From the NCBI RefSeq assembly GCF_964194025.1, contig NC_134469.1:13640001-13704000 (forward strand): a DNA stretch of 64,000 bases, in the 5' to 3' direction. Origin of the DNA: Convolutriloba macropyga. Taxonomy: Eukaryota. The translations under genes and the position numbers were made by a program. The first letter of the stretch is position 1; the number at the start of each line of letters is the position of its first letter. The notes beneath the pieces are model-generated. The model did not search any database, was not told where the DNA came from, and saw nothing but the letters and a program-made list of their open reading frames with translations. Positions 1 to 11,213 of the stretch are shown here, in pieces.

Positions 1-3000
1 TTTCATCCGTTAATTTTGAAATATTTGCTGTTTTGTCAAACTATCTATATCGTTAAAATATGAATCAGCCATCCGTTTCAGTAGACGAACATCAAAAATA
101 ATTAGTTTTGGTCTTATTCTGAAATTTTACAATTCTCAATTATCAACAATTATCCGGAGAGCGGTCCTTTAAAAAGTTTTTTCCTTTTTTGTTTTTCATG
201 TTAACTACAGCCCTGAATGACTTGATATCGAAGCTCTATTAGAGATATCGAAGCTCTATAAGACTTTTTGTCAGATCACAATTGCGTAAGAAAGAAAAAG
301 GAACATATATCGTAATTTCAGCGGAAAACTTTTTTGCTTCAAAACTTCACTTGCATAAAATTCTGTGAAATTTTGAGTTCTGCCTATATTTGATGTATTT
401 TGATCAACCTCAATAACGACAGCTCCAATTACCTTTTTAAACGGTGAAAAGTTAATCTATTTTTCAATTGAAAGCTTACGCTTGTTAGGTCTTAGTTTTC
501 AAAAAAAATTGGTCTCTACAAAAAACAACTGTTTAAGACTCGTCACTTTTTACCTTATTTCCAGCTCCTTGTAGGCAGTCTAGCAAATATAGAGTTCGCA
601 TCACATTTCAAGTGAAATAGAATGTAGTCCTAATTGCTTTTTTATCAATTAAAAAAATTCGTTTCTGGCTCTGCTGATACACGTTTTTATTTTTCGGACC
701 TTTTTCAATTTTTGAGGTTCTTCTTTTGCTGTTTTTTTTTCAATTACCACATTAATGACAATTCACATATTACCCTAGTGTCATTCAATGAAGGCGAAAT
801 TGAATATATTAAAAGTTTTAAGCACATAGATTACTGTTTCAAAGGCTTCGACGCCGTTTTCCCATAAAATTTAACTTAAGTTTTGGTTTTTGCCTGTATT
901 TGTTTTTTTTGCAGTCGAGTGATATTCTGAATAATGAAAACTCTTAATGAATTCACATGGAGCTATAAATGAAGCCATTTAATGATTTCATTTGTCAGCT
1001 CATAGTTTTCACGACTTTGAAATGAATTCTCAAAAAGTATGAACGTAGTTTTTAACTTTGCCCTCTTTGTTTTTGTCTACTTGTTCATTGTTTTCAGTAA
1101 AGAGAAGACCCATCTTTTGTAGTAAAATTTTGTAGCGAAAGTTTAGTTGTCATCTGATGCTAATTTGAATTTCTTATTGAGTTTTTCTAAAAAAGAATAG
1201 ACACTGAGAATTGATCGTAATTAAGGCTGGTTGGTTTCACTTGATTTTGTTGTTTGTCGTTTTCTGGTCTCCTCAATGACAGGTACTATCGGCCTTCTAA
1301 TGAAGCATTGTATTAATTGCTTAGTGGTTTGAGTTTAAGTCGCGTGTTAGATGGATATACCAAATGTTTTCGAACAATATGAACATTTAAAATTTTTTAT
1401 CTTTTCCTCAATTGTAGACATTTAGGTCAAAAGCGTGGCTAAGCCTGGTCGTAACACTATGCGCAAACGCACATTACCGAGCCTCCTTGTTACAAATTAT
1501 TTCAAATGTTACCATGTTTAAAAATGACACGTTTTGCAAAAGCTTGAGGGGGGGGGGGTGGTTGGGTGTGGGCTAGATTAAGTCATAACGGCTATACTTT
1601 AAATTTTAATAACGAAACCCACCTCATTTGACAATTTGATGTTCTCAAGGCGTAACTGGGTATTCTCTGCTCTTATCTGAAACACAATGTCGTGCGATTT
1701 CATCAGGTTGAAGATAGCATCTCTCCTATTTTTGGAATTCTAATATCCTTTTGTTAGCAGCACTAAATAACAAGATATCTTTCAATGATCACAGCGCAAA
1801 TAATTGTTATCACATCAAAAAAAATCCCTGTGCAACATCAGAACAAAATGCCTAGCTATGATAGCTGATAACTATTTAGGATTGCTAGTTAATTCAAAGC
1901 CTGAATTGTTTTAACTTCGTTTTCAACATTGTCCTGCTGTAATTTCATGCCAACAAACTGATACTTCCAGTCAGAATTTTCTCCCGGAAGCATCCAGGTT
2001 GCAGAGATATGTTGCAAACAGGGTGGTGTTAAGAATTTTAAAAACAATTCAGGCATTGGATTCAAAGGCAACCCCTTTCACAAATAAACCAGAGTGTTTG
2101 TTCTAGGACATTGATAAAAACATACAAGGAACATCCGACTTTTTCAATAGCTAGCTGCGGCTAAAGGAGGCTAGCTTAAGAGCTTAATTGAGGGTGGCGT
2201 GAAGTTTGCGTTGAGCATTGGGGGAAGGGGTCAGCTCGAGCGTGCATGGTTACGGGTAGAATGAGGGCGAGGGGGTGTAGCTGAGGCGCGATAGTGGCGG
2301 GTGTGTGGGTGGGATTAAGTGGGAGGGGGTCTAACTCCAAGAAAAGAACGGCTCTTCACAGCATGAAAAGTTTTGGGGAATCGCATACTTAGACTGTTTA
2401 TCCAGTTTTTGCGGACGAAAAGTCATGGTCGGACGAAAAATCAAATGGTCGGACGAATAAACGATCAAAAAAATTTTTGATTAAAAAAGACTAGTAGAAC
2501 TAATATAATTGCTAAAGTTCGTTTGAGAGCAATTAAAAACCTTTTTAGCAAACTGAGCAAGAAAGCTCGTGCGTAGCACGTGGTTCTGTAGCACAGAATG
2601 TTCCATACCTCTCACGGTTGCGAAAACCTTCAAAATTTGTCAAAAAAAACAGTTGTGGGTATCCGAAAGCAACTTATATGCACCGGAGACAATTACTTGA
2701 ACTGTTTGAACCACAAAATAAGCCGTCGTTTCTCGGCAGATAAAAACGAACACTCTTCACCAAACTTCGTCACACGAAAAAAAGTCGTCTTACGAGACAC
2801 CGGAAAAACCATACAAACCCACACATACAGCACCAACAACAACTAAAATCCTTTTACCAATAGGCGAAGGCTAAACCAGATAGGGCGCAGATAAGCCGTC
2901 AGACACGGCTAAGCCAGATACGGCGCAGACCAGCCGTCAGCAAGCTTTAAAAAAGGTTTTAGTTTTCGTCTTAAAAAAGCCGTAATTCGTAGCAAATAAG

Positions 3001-3883
3001 TAATTTTTCTTATTTTCATGTTCGCTGATAGTTTTTGCCCTCTAAATTTATCCAACATTTAAAGAAACCAATTCTCTCAATCTAGACCTCTCTTTCTTTT
3101 TTCTATCATAAACACAAACCACAAATATAACACACTCGAACACACATGCATACACCAACACAAGCACAAATACAAACAAAGAAATAAAACAATTTAAGAT
3201 TTTTTGGGCATCTTTACTCAAGGTTAATTACCGTTAGTCTAAATTCTAATTGTTTTTTATTCACAAAATAATTGTGGAATTTTGGAGGCAATTGTATTTG
3301 TAGTGGTGAAATTCACACTAAAAACTAAAATGATCCTTTTGAAAAGCTTTTTTCCTCAAAGAACTTCAAAAAGAACTTTTCACAAGGCTTTTGATGTTTG
3401 ATGAGCCTAATGGAATTTATACCTATCATTTAAAGGAACGAGCTCACTCACACTAACTCTTTTTCTTTGTCTCTCTTGCAGACATACCTTACATTTCAAA
3501 ATGCGCACACATGCGTACATCCACAAGCGTGCGCGCGCCCACAAACAAAAACCTTGCAACCGAAAACATTTTCAAGATTTTCCTTTTTGGCATATAATCT
3601 TTATTCAGGGCATGTTACAGTTAAAATAGGCCTTCTAGGTTTTTCAAAGAATTGAAAAAAATTAGTTAACAGTTAAGTTTATGTTTTGGACCTTTCAACA
3701 TTTGAATTAAGTGTAGTTTTAGAGAAAAAGGAAACTTTTTCTTCTGAAATGAATTGAAAATAAAATTCCTTTCTTTCTCCCTTCTTCGTTCTTTCATGAG
3801 TAGTTTAAAACTAAAAACATAGCTGGCAAATTGCCAGAAACTAGCCGCAATAGCTTCATAGATCTGACCATCAAAAAGAAGGT

Positions 3884-4468
3884 AGTAGTAATAGGGTGGA
3901 CGACAGTCCCGGGGGGGGGGGGGGGTGAAGACCCCCATGTATTAAGATTGGTTATAGCGGTTTTTGACCGCTAAGGGTCTTCCCTAATGTATTAAGATTA
4001 GGGATAGAAGCTAGGGGCGCCTAAATGTATTAAGATAGGGTATAGGGTGCATATATTAAGATTAGGAATAGAATCTCCATGTATTAAGATTAGGTATAGC
4101 CGCCATGTATTAAGATTGGGTATAGCCGCCATGTATTAAGATTAGTCATAGCGGCCAACATGTATTAAGATTAGTTATAGCAGCCGACATGTATTAAGAT
4201 TAGTTATAGCGGTCGACACGTTTTAAGATTATTTATATCCGCTGACATATATTAAGATTAGGGGTATTTTTTGAAAAATTGTTGAGGTTTTTGTACATTT
4301 TTACGCCGTTTTTTCAATAATTTCTAAATACTCTCTTCTGATTGGTTAAAAATGACAGCTTTTTTAAAGAAAATTGAATTGAAAAAGTTATAAATAACAG
4401 ACACAGTATAAATTATGCACATCAAACTACAAAATCACTCTAACATTTACATTCAACAGGTATAAATT
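3884..4468 (+). repeat. Left TIR of the Maverick (~585 bp)
   Basis: Reverse complement of 21167-21748; about 9 substitutions plus a few small or homopolymer indels by manual comparison. Confidence 0.96.
3936..4265 (+). repeat. Tandem array of ~11 copies of ATGTATTAAGATT(A/G)GNTATAG inside the TIR (mirrored at ~21373-21702)
   Basis: Directly visible; unit spacing mostly 26-29 bp, longer for the outermost copies. Confidence 0.95.
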
Positions 4469-4629
4469 GTTATCAAAATAAGTGAAAACCGAGGTACATT
4501 TAGCCGAGTGGGTTTATAAATCCGACAAAAAGGAAAAACTTGTGTAGCTAACTGAGTAAAAGGTACAATTGTTAAAAACTAATGTCGACTTTATTGGGCA
4601 CCAGCTTAGTGTATACCCAGTAATCAAAT

Positions 4630-5028
4630 TTACATATAATTACTAAAAAAATTTAGTGCATGCACATCATGAACATTGTTCAAGTTTGTTTGTAAAAAAT
4701 TAAATAGATGAAAAGCAGCATAAATAGTGTAGAACCCACACAAGTTGTCCATTTTCTGGAGTGGTCTGTGTATCATTTTCTGATACTTTTAATTCAAAAA
4801 TTTGTAATGTGTGACTGATCGTGCTAGAGAATCCGCATAGTAATAGTTCCTATTGAGGCGACCAATCATTATCCAATGTTAACCAACCTCACTGCTTGGG
4901 GAAGTGTTGATGATTGCAAAAGTAAAATAGGGTAAATTTGGGACAAAATCTGCTGGAAAGGATCCAATATACCGGAATTTTAGCTCTAGATTACGTTCAA
5001 TAATGTCACGAAGTGAGGTGTTATCCAT
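4630..5028 (-). pseudogene. Adenain-like cysteine (maturation) protease with two premature stops; not in ORF track
   Basis: Manual translation: MDNTSLRDIIERNLELKFRYIGSFPADFVPNLPYFTFAIINTSPSSEVG*HWIMIGRLNRNYYYADSLARSVTHYKFLN*KYQKMIHRPLQKMDNLCGFYTIYAAFHLF...NYM*. Has the IxNT..G-HW, DS and Q..CG catalytic motifs. Confidence 0.92.
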
Positions 5029-5093
5029 GACAAATAAGTTTTCTTTTCTTTATCTCACAAGCTCCGTTTGTACAAGGATTCCTGACAGAGCAA

Positions 5094-5297
5094 TCAAGTT
5101 GAAAACTTTCGTTCTGTTGAGAGAAGCAACAATCTTTGGATTTTGTCAACCGTTTCGTCCTGGGTGCTGGGATGAAACAAAACAATAATTATAAAAAGTC
5201 CAAGGAAAATTAGCAAAGGAATATAAATATATATATTTGAAGTTAGTCTACTCCAGTTCACATCCATTAGTGAATTAACAATTGATGTAGAGAACAA
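5094..5297 (-). CDS. Small predicted membrane protein of the Maverick (probably frameshifted)
   Basis: Hydrophobic stretch IYIYIPLLIFLGLFIIIVLF; co-oriented between the capsid and protease genes. Confidence 0.4.
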   Translation of the reverse strand: MFSTSIVNSLMDVNWSRLTSNIYIYIPLLIFLGLFIIIVLFHPSTQDETVDKIQRLLLLSTERKFST

Positions 5298-5367
5298 CAG
5301 CTAGATAGAGAGGTTAAGACTACAAATGTTCCAACAAAGTACATAAAACCGAAAAAATGAAAAATTA

Positions 5368-6695
5368 TTAGACATTTTTAGCAACAGTCCCAAACTGATC
5401 AATTTTAACAGTGGACATCCTTTCTCCCAGAACAATGATTTCTGTCACGTTTCTTAGCGAACGATCAAAAAACATTTCCAATCGAAAACTTTCACCGCTG
5501 AGTTCAGGATAATGAATATTTTCGCCAGCATCTTGAAGTGAAGTGAGATCGAATACTAGTATGTAGTGGTTCTGAAACTGATGATGTGGTAACGCAGGAA
5601 TTTCCTCGTTAAAATTCATTGCTTTTATTGTTGTTACGTATGCTCTTCAGTCATTAGTTGTATCAAGTGATACTATAGCTCTACCTCCGCGAACAATTCG
5701 AAGTTCTCGCAAACCAAATTTCTGATAATGGAAAGGATCTTCTTGAAAATGTCCCGTGAATGCCGAATTGGTGTTAATCGCAATAGCTACTCTTCTGATT
5801 GGAGCATTGTTAAAAACATTTTCCTGAATAAACTGGTTCTGTCCTGAGGGAATAATAAATGTACGTGCAATGGTTTCCATAAAGTTGTAACAAGCAGGTT
5901 GATGAGTTAATTGGTATTTGATAGTCTGGTGATACACTTCGTTAACAACCACGCGTCGTGTAAATAAGGAACAGTCAAGAACCTTAAGGGAAACGTGAGG
6001 ATTGTAGGAAATCATGTAATAATTAGGTCTTGCACAAATCAATTTCAATCTTACTTTTGTATTTGGAAGCAGTAATTTTTCACATTGGAACAAGTCAATA
6101 GCTAATTTACCGTAGTAAGTGCTTCCATTTTTCAGCAGAAGTTCTTCCTCTCTGTCTATAAACGGGCTCTTCTCATAATCACTAGGTTGTTTTTCAAATT
6201 CGTATCCATGACAAGCCAAAATACCATCATTATTTCTCGTTGAAGCATTAAATTCATTGGAAATTAAAGCCTTGTGTCCATAGAGACCATTTGAGTTGTA
6301 CACTTGTTGATTGTTCAGATACACTTCACAGTTGGAGAAGAGTGAGTGTAAAATATTGTTGACGTGAGTTAGATAATGTAAATTGTCATCTGTGAAAGAC
6401 ATACCCATATCTGGTTTTCCATGCTCATCTTTTTTCATGAAGTCATCAAACAATCTTCCCTTTTGTAGTCCAACTTTGATTTGAAGGTGAATATCTCTCA
6501 TATCAAGATAGATGCTTCTATCTGTTTCAAATTCAAATTCAATGCTGCTTTCATCCAGTGAAGTACTAGGATAAACTTCTTGAACAGGAGAAGACTCAAT
6601 TGGTTCCAAAACAGGAATTTTGTCAAAAATCTCCAAGCACGAGTTTGTAAAGTGTCCATATCGAAAATTGGAACGTTTGATGATCTAGAATTCAT
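5368..6695 (-). pseudogene. Major capsid protein (double jelly-roll, PY/hexon-like)
   Basis: ORFs 6498-6695 (N-terminus, frameshift ~6635), 5647-6636 and 5368-5619 (same frame, one nonsense codon at 5647) join to ~440 aa. Motifs YP..SIEF, YLD, NNILHSLFSNCEVYLN, NPF-like DPFHYQ and FDLT are typical of Maverick major capsid proteins. Confidence 0.9.
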
Positions 6696-7047
6696 TTTAG
6701 ATTAGCAAATATATCTTTTCTTGTTCGACGACGTCGACTGATTTTTGGAGGTGATTTACGAAAAATGCGATGCTTTCTTGTTTTTCCTGCACCTAGCTGT
6801 TTACGTAAAGTTTTCTTTCCAACATCAGCAGCAACAGATTTGAGTTTTTTCTTCCCAGTCAAAACATTTCCAATTTCAGGAGCAGCCATTTCAATTAAAT
6901 CAGCTCCCACTCTTTTTGCTGCTGGGACAACATATCGTCTCAAAAACGGAATTGCTGTCCTCCCAATTGTTTGCGCTAAAGCTCCAAATCCCCTTCCCCT
7001 TTGTCTGGCATATCCGCGAAAATAGGTAAATCATTATCAGCAACCAT
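6692..7047 (-). pseudogene. Small basic core / membrane-active protein (QRGxG-type, adenovirus pVI/pVII/pX-like)
   Basis: Reconstructed MVADNDLP[fs]YFRGYARQRGRGFGALAQTIGRTAIPFLRRYVVPAAKRVG...KQLGAG...RRRRTRKDIF. QxGxG sites, amphipathic helix, Arg-rich tail; lies between the minor and major capsid genes. Confidence 0.75.
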
Positions 7048-7064
7048 TTCTTACAGTCTTAATT

Positions 7065-7876
7065 CTAAAAACGATTTTCAGAAGTTTTTCTAAACATTAG
7101 TACTGCTCTAGTTACTCCAACAGAGTTGAAAGGTACTTTTTCACCATAAGAGTCTCGGACCTCAAATGTTATGCTGTGGAATGAATTTTTCAGAATCTTT
7201 TTAAATTGTAGGTTGCGAAAATTTTGATAATTCATGTATTGCCCAGTTGAGATGATGTCTCCATTCTTGACCTTTGATATAAAAGGAATACATCGTAAAA
7301 GAGCAGCTTTTGTATCACCAACAATGTTGTATTCAACAATATCACTATATATCATCAAGGTATGTATTCGTACAATGTCATAAGGGAACTTGGGAAAATG
7401 TGGACCAGCACCGCTCATGAAAGCCCCCATCCCATAAACAGCATCTTCACATCCAAAGACATGACAAAGATCACTAAATATAACAAGTAAAGAATTCTCA
7501 TTGGGAAGACTCAAAGAAATTCGCTGTGTAATTTTGTTAACGTGTAATCTGATTGGTGTTTTTTCATACTTTTCTCGTTCCTGAACTTTTTTTGTTCATT
7601 TCGTTTACAATATCAGAGATCAAAGGATATAGACCTGGATCAAGTGTGTAATAGACTGATGGTTTTGTATTCGGTGTTGCTTCGTCTAGATAGAAAAAAT
7701 TCCCTTCCGTGATGTTTTGGTACAAGGAAGGATAAGATAGTTCTGTAATTGCAACCTCCCATTCTCCTTCGAGATTTATTTGTTCCGGAAGAAAGTTTGT
7801 AAAAGAACTTAATGTATTATTTGGGTAACAATCAAAGGAAGCATTCGAAACCAACTCTACAGTAAAAGAATTATCT
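7065..7876 (-). pseudogene. Minor capsid protein (penton-like, PX)
   Basis: N-terminal FTVELVSNASFDCYPNNTLSSFTNFLPEQINLEGEWEVAITELSYP and C-terminal IYSDIVEYNIVGDTKAALLR are characteristic. Frameshift near the T-run at ~7590. Confidence 0.9.
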
Positions 7877-8800
7877 CTAAATGATACACTTTGCAAGCTC
7901 TTGTTCATAAAATTTGCCTAAAATTTCATCACCTTGTTCTCCGTGAAGGTTATGGGTTGGTGGTTTTAAAGTCGCAATTTAAACAATTTGAAAAAATTCA
8001 CATGTGAATTGAGACTTGTAACCTTTTCTAAATGGGATATCGTACTTGGAGATTCGAACTTTGTCCCCAATTTTGAAGCGTGGTTTTTTGTACTCAAAAA
8101 TAGGGTTTTTGTAAAAAAAAAAAATTGACAAAATTCTGAATTTTTAACGTTTTTGGGGGATTTTACCTATAGATCTGTTAACTCTTGTGTTCATATTGTT
8201 AACAAAACTATCCATTTTGTGAACGTATTTATCACCGTTTTCCTCCATGTAGCGATAAATGATGTTTTTTAAAGATCTAATTGCTCTTTCTGCTATAGCA
8301 GCTTTTGTTTCAGTTCTTGTAGAGTAGATTTTGATGTCTTTACTCTTGCAAAATTAATTTTTCGAATTCTCCCCCGAACTCAGTACCTTGGTCAACCCAA
8401 ACTCTATCAGGTTTAGTGTTCTTCCTCAACATTTTTTTAAAGGCAGCTACAGCATCAGAGGCATATTTTGACTTCATTGATTGAACACGGACCAGGCGAG
8501 AAAAGACAACACATATCAATAAGTACTTCACACCGTTATTAAATTCAGACAATTTATCCATAAAAGCCAAATCAAGACACCAAATCTCATTGATACGTTT
8601 TGCAAAAGCAGGCAATCTTTTGAAATGTCGAATCGCTTGTCGAAATTTAGTGTAAGAATTCTTTCTGTATAAAAAATCAGTAACCTTCTTCTTTGACAAC
8701 CCGCTAGTTTTCTGAAGGTTTTGAACTGAACCATATGCGGCTTTTCCTTCCCTGTACAACCTCTGTAGCTTAGCTTTTTCAGATTTGGAAAGATTCCAGC
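7877..8800 (-). pseudogene. Retroviral-like (rve, DDE) c-integrase, no C-terminal chromodomain
   Basis: WCLDLAFM, VWVDQGTEF and, after a frameshift at ~8355, KAAIAERAIRSLK...RFKIGDKVRISK...FRKGY...GKFYEQELAKCII* (manual translation). Confidence 0.93.
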
Positions 8801-9180
8801 TTCCTCGTCCTTTGCTTATGGCATCTTTGTTTATAATTTTATGTGGATTTAAGCCAATTGCGTCAAGAATTGTGTAATAAATATCGGGACATTCGGCGTT
8901 TTTCCTCTTTAAAGTGTATACGAAATCGACAAATGCCACGTTTGTATCTCTTCCGTCTAACAAAATGGAGTCAGATAGGGATAGCTTAATGCGAGGTGAA
9001 TTTAAAATTTCATTGAAAAGTGATTCGTTGCTGGAAAACTTCTTTTTAGCGTTAACTTTTCTATAAACAGTTTCCAAATTTTTTGGAACCGAATCCGGTT
9101 TTTCGTTATATTTGTCCAATCTTTGAGGTGATAACCTGATTTTCTGATCATAAAGTTGTTGAGGAATCAAAACAAAATGA
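8780..9180 (-). CDS. Uncharacterised Maverick protein upstream of the integrase
   Basis: N-terminal ~125 aa of ORF 8340-9170 (…SPRIKLSLSDSILLDGRDT…); probably a separate gene fused to the integrase by a 1-bp deletion. Confidence 0.5.
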
Positions 9181-9480
9181 TCCTGAGTGACGATTGATGA
9201 TTGACGGAGTTAAAATTGATATAAGACTGATCCCTTTTTTGGAACTCAGGACCTCTCTTCTTTTACTGAGACTTGTTCTTTTTAAAATAAGATGAATTTC
9301 TTCTCTGAACTTTAAAACTTCTTGTTTTTGAATTTCTCTCAGCACTCCTCTCAGAAGGTTTACTATTCACTCGTTTAGAAACTGGATGAAGTCTTTGGGA
9401 CAATTTTTGAGAAAAATTATTTTGAAGCTCTGGGAATATTTCTGGAACGCGATCAGAGTAGAGAGATGTTGTGTGCTCAT
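9148..9480 (-). pseudogene. Conserved small Maverick protein (ECxxNLLxG type) overlapping the ATPase 3' end
   Basis: Manual translation MSTQHLSTLIAFQKYSQSFKIIFLKNCPKDFIQFLNE*IVNLLRGVLRE...SLSKRREVLSSKKG; TGA at the expected Cys. Confidence 0.65.
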
Positions 9481-10135
9481 CGTTCAAAAATGTAATCTGT
9501 TGCCTGCTTTGAGGTAGAAAAAATAAAGATGGCGTTGAACCACTGTTAGTACAGTATCTCAGAGTCGACTGTTTTTGGAGTCAAGTCAATAAGTAAATGA
9601 TCATAGGGAACTGAAGTTGCTGTGGTATACCCGTCTTTTAGTTGAGATCCCAATCCCATTTGTTGACTGAGCGGGTTTATTTGTAAGACGTCTCTGGGTG
9701 ATTTGAATAAAACAAAATGGGTGTTCTGCAGTTCAATATCCCTTCCTAGTTGGCTTTGATGAAAGAGATTGTGCTTTTTGTACACTGTACTTAAACCTTT
9801 ATGTCTACCAGCAGTAGCTATTTTCACAAATTCTTTCGAACTAGAAATTTCTTCACAAGAGTCATCAAAAATAAGTAAATACTTTGTTCCATTATTAGGT
9901 AAATTTTGTATCAACTCAAAATCAACACCTTGAACGAACTCAATGTTTTTTTTATATTTTTTGACATTAGTCCGTAAAGAGATTGATAGTGTTGATAAAA
10001 ATAGTAAATTTTGTCAAATTCTGGTTGAAAAGTTCCAAAAACTAACCAATCATGGATGAGATGGGATTTCCCAGATCCACTTGGTCCAACCAATGAAAAA
10101 AAAACTCGTTCTTTTGTGGAAATTATTTTGTTCAT
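9263..10135 (-). pseudogene. A32/FtsK-like genome packaging ATPase
   Basis: Walker A GPSGSGKS, Walker B LLIFDD, AGRH and LFKSPRD motifs; split across three ORFs by two frameshifts. Confidence 0.95.
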
Positions 10136-10395
10136 AATTTTGGGGAAGGTAAAATATATCCAACTGTACTCGACAAAAAGGCGATCCAAACTGTTGTCTC
10201 CTCACAAGTCTCAGCTAATGTAATTTTTACGATACAACAAGCTAAAATCAATAGTATGACAAAAAACTGGGACAAAAAAACTACTAAAGACCGGTTACAC
10301 GTCTGTCCAAAGCATTTCCAAGATTGACGTTCTTTATTATTGTCATCAAAGACAAAATTACCTAATTGAAGCCCCTTATCAGTGTGATAAGTCAT
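10132..10395 (-). CDS. Small two-TM membrane protein (87 aa)
   Basis: Intact ORF with two hydrophobic segments, W-x-C and C-terminal GYILPSP; resembles small TM proteins of Polintons and Polinton-like viruses. ATGA overlaps on both sides. Confidence 0.7.
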   Translation of the reverse strand: MTYHTDKGLQLGNFVFDDNNKERQSWKCFGQTCNRSLVVFLSQFFVILLILACCIVKITLAETCEETTVWIAFLSSTVGYILPSPKL

Positions 10396-10637
10396 TTATA
10401 CGCTATCTTCTTCCCTAGGGATAAAGGAACTGAGCAACTGAATTGAAACGTAAACAACAAAAAAATGCCAAAAATAACTGAACTAAACATAACACACAAC
10501 CAAAATATTGTTCCGTCAAAGGAATCAGTGAGAAAAAGCATCAAAATTGAAAAATGTACCAAAGTTAGGAGCAAGACTATGAAAGAATAGTACAGTATGG
10601 GAACACAGTATTTTTTGATATTTGTTGATCAACTCAT
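10392..10637 (-). CDS. Small hydrophobic protein
   Basis: Two hydrophobic segments; its stop overlaps the next ATG. Start uncertain. Confidence 0.45.
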
Positions 10638-10706
10638 TCTCTTATACTAATTTCAGAGGAAAAAAATACAAATAAAACTGATAAATTACAATCACAAACA
10701 CAAACA

Positions 10707-11173
10707 TTAAACATTATCAAAAAAATTTAAAGTCCATATCCCATAAACGTAAGCCTTTTTTTCTGCGCATTGAAGAGTCTTCTTGTGTTGATAGGGGTAG
10801 CTGCTGCAATTCCAATCAGCATCATCAATTTCTAACAGTTTGCAAGCCTTGGGACAACCAAGATCATCAAGATTTTCCACATCTTTACACAAGTAGGGTG
10901 ATAAAATTTTGCATTTTTCAAGTCCTTTAGCAAAGTACTCTGTTGTTGGTGAGCAATGATGATGTATAATAAAAGCCAGCTCAGAATAATCGAGCTTTCC
11001 AGGGTTCCAATTTATACCGTGCATTTTTTTGTATTCCATTTTGCTTGAAAATTCGGCTTGTAGTCTTTAGGTGGGAGAAAACTGTATCCAAGTACAATTC
11101 CGTCCTTAAAGATTCCCAACTCTTTGACAACTTTTCCTTCTAAGCATTCAATATCTAGTACAACGAGAGGCAT
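10707..11173 (-). pseudogene. DEDD-like 3'-5' exonuclease-fold protein with Cys/His tail
   Basis: Reconstructed MPLVVLDIECLEGKVVKELGIF...[fs ~11030]HGINWNPG...AKGLEK...NLDDLGCP...C..H...CA. Confidence 0.65.
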
Positions 11174-11213
11174 TCTTTCTTCTGGGATGATTTTTCAAAA
11201 AATGATCAACAGT

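Noticed and set aside
1889-2102. Downstream exon of the gene starting at 24384
   Set aside because: An acceptor-like CCTAG exists but all frames stop quickly and there is no recognisable homology.
3666-3938. 90-aa ORF across the Maverick left end
   Set aside because: Spans the TIR G-tract, TSD and HINE terminus; low complexity, spurious.
3936-4265. CRISPR-like repeat array
   Set aside because: Linkers are mostly only a few bp and similar to each other, the array is mirrored in the other TIR, there are no cas genes, and the context is eukaryotic.
8340-9170. Genuine N-terminally extended integrase fusion
   Set aside because: More simply explained by a 1-bp deletion near 8793 joining two overlapping genes in an element full of frameshifts; needs the consensus to confirm.
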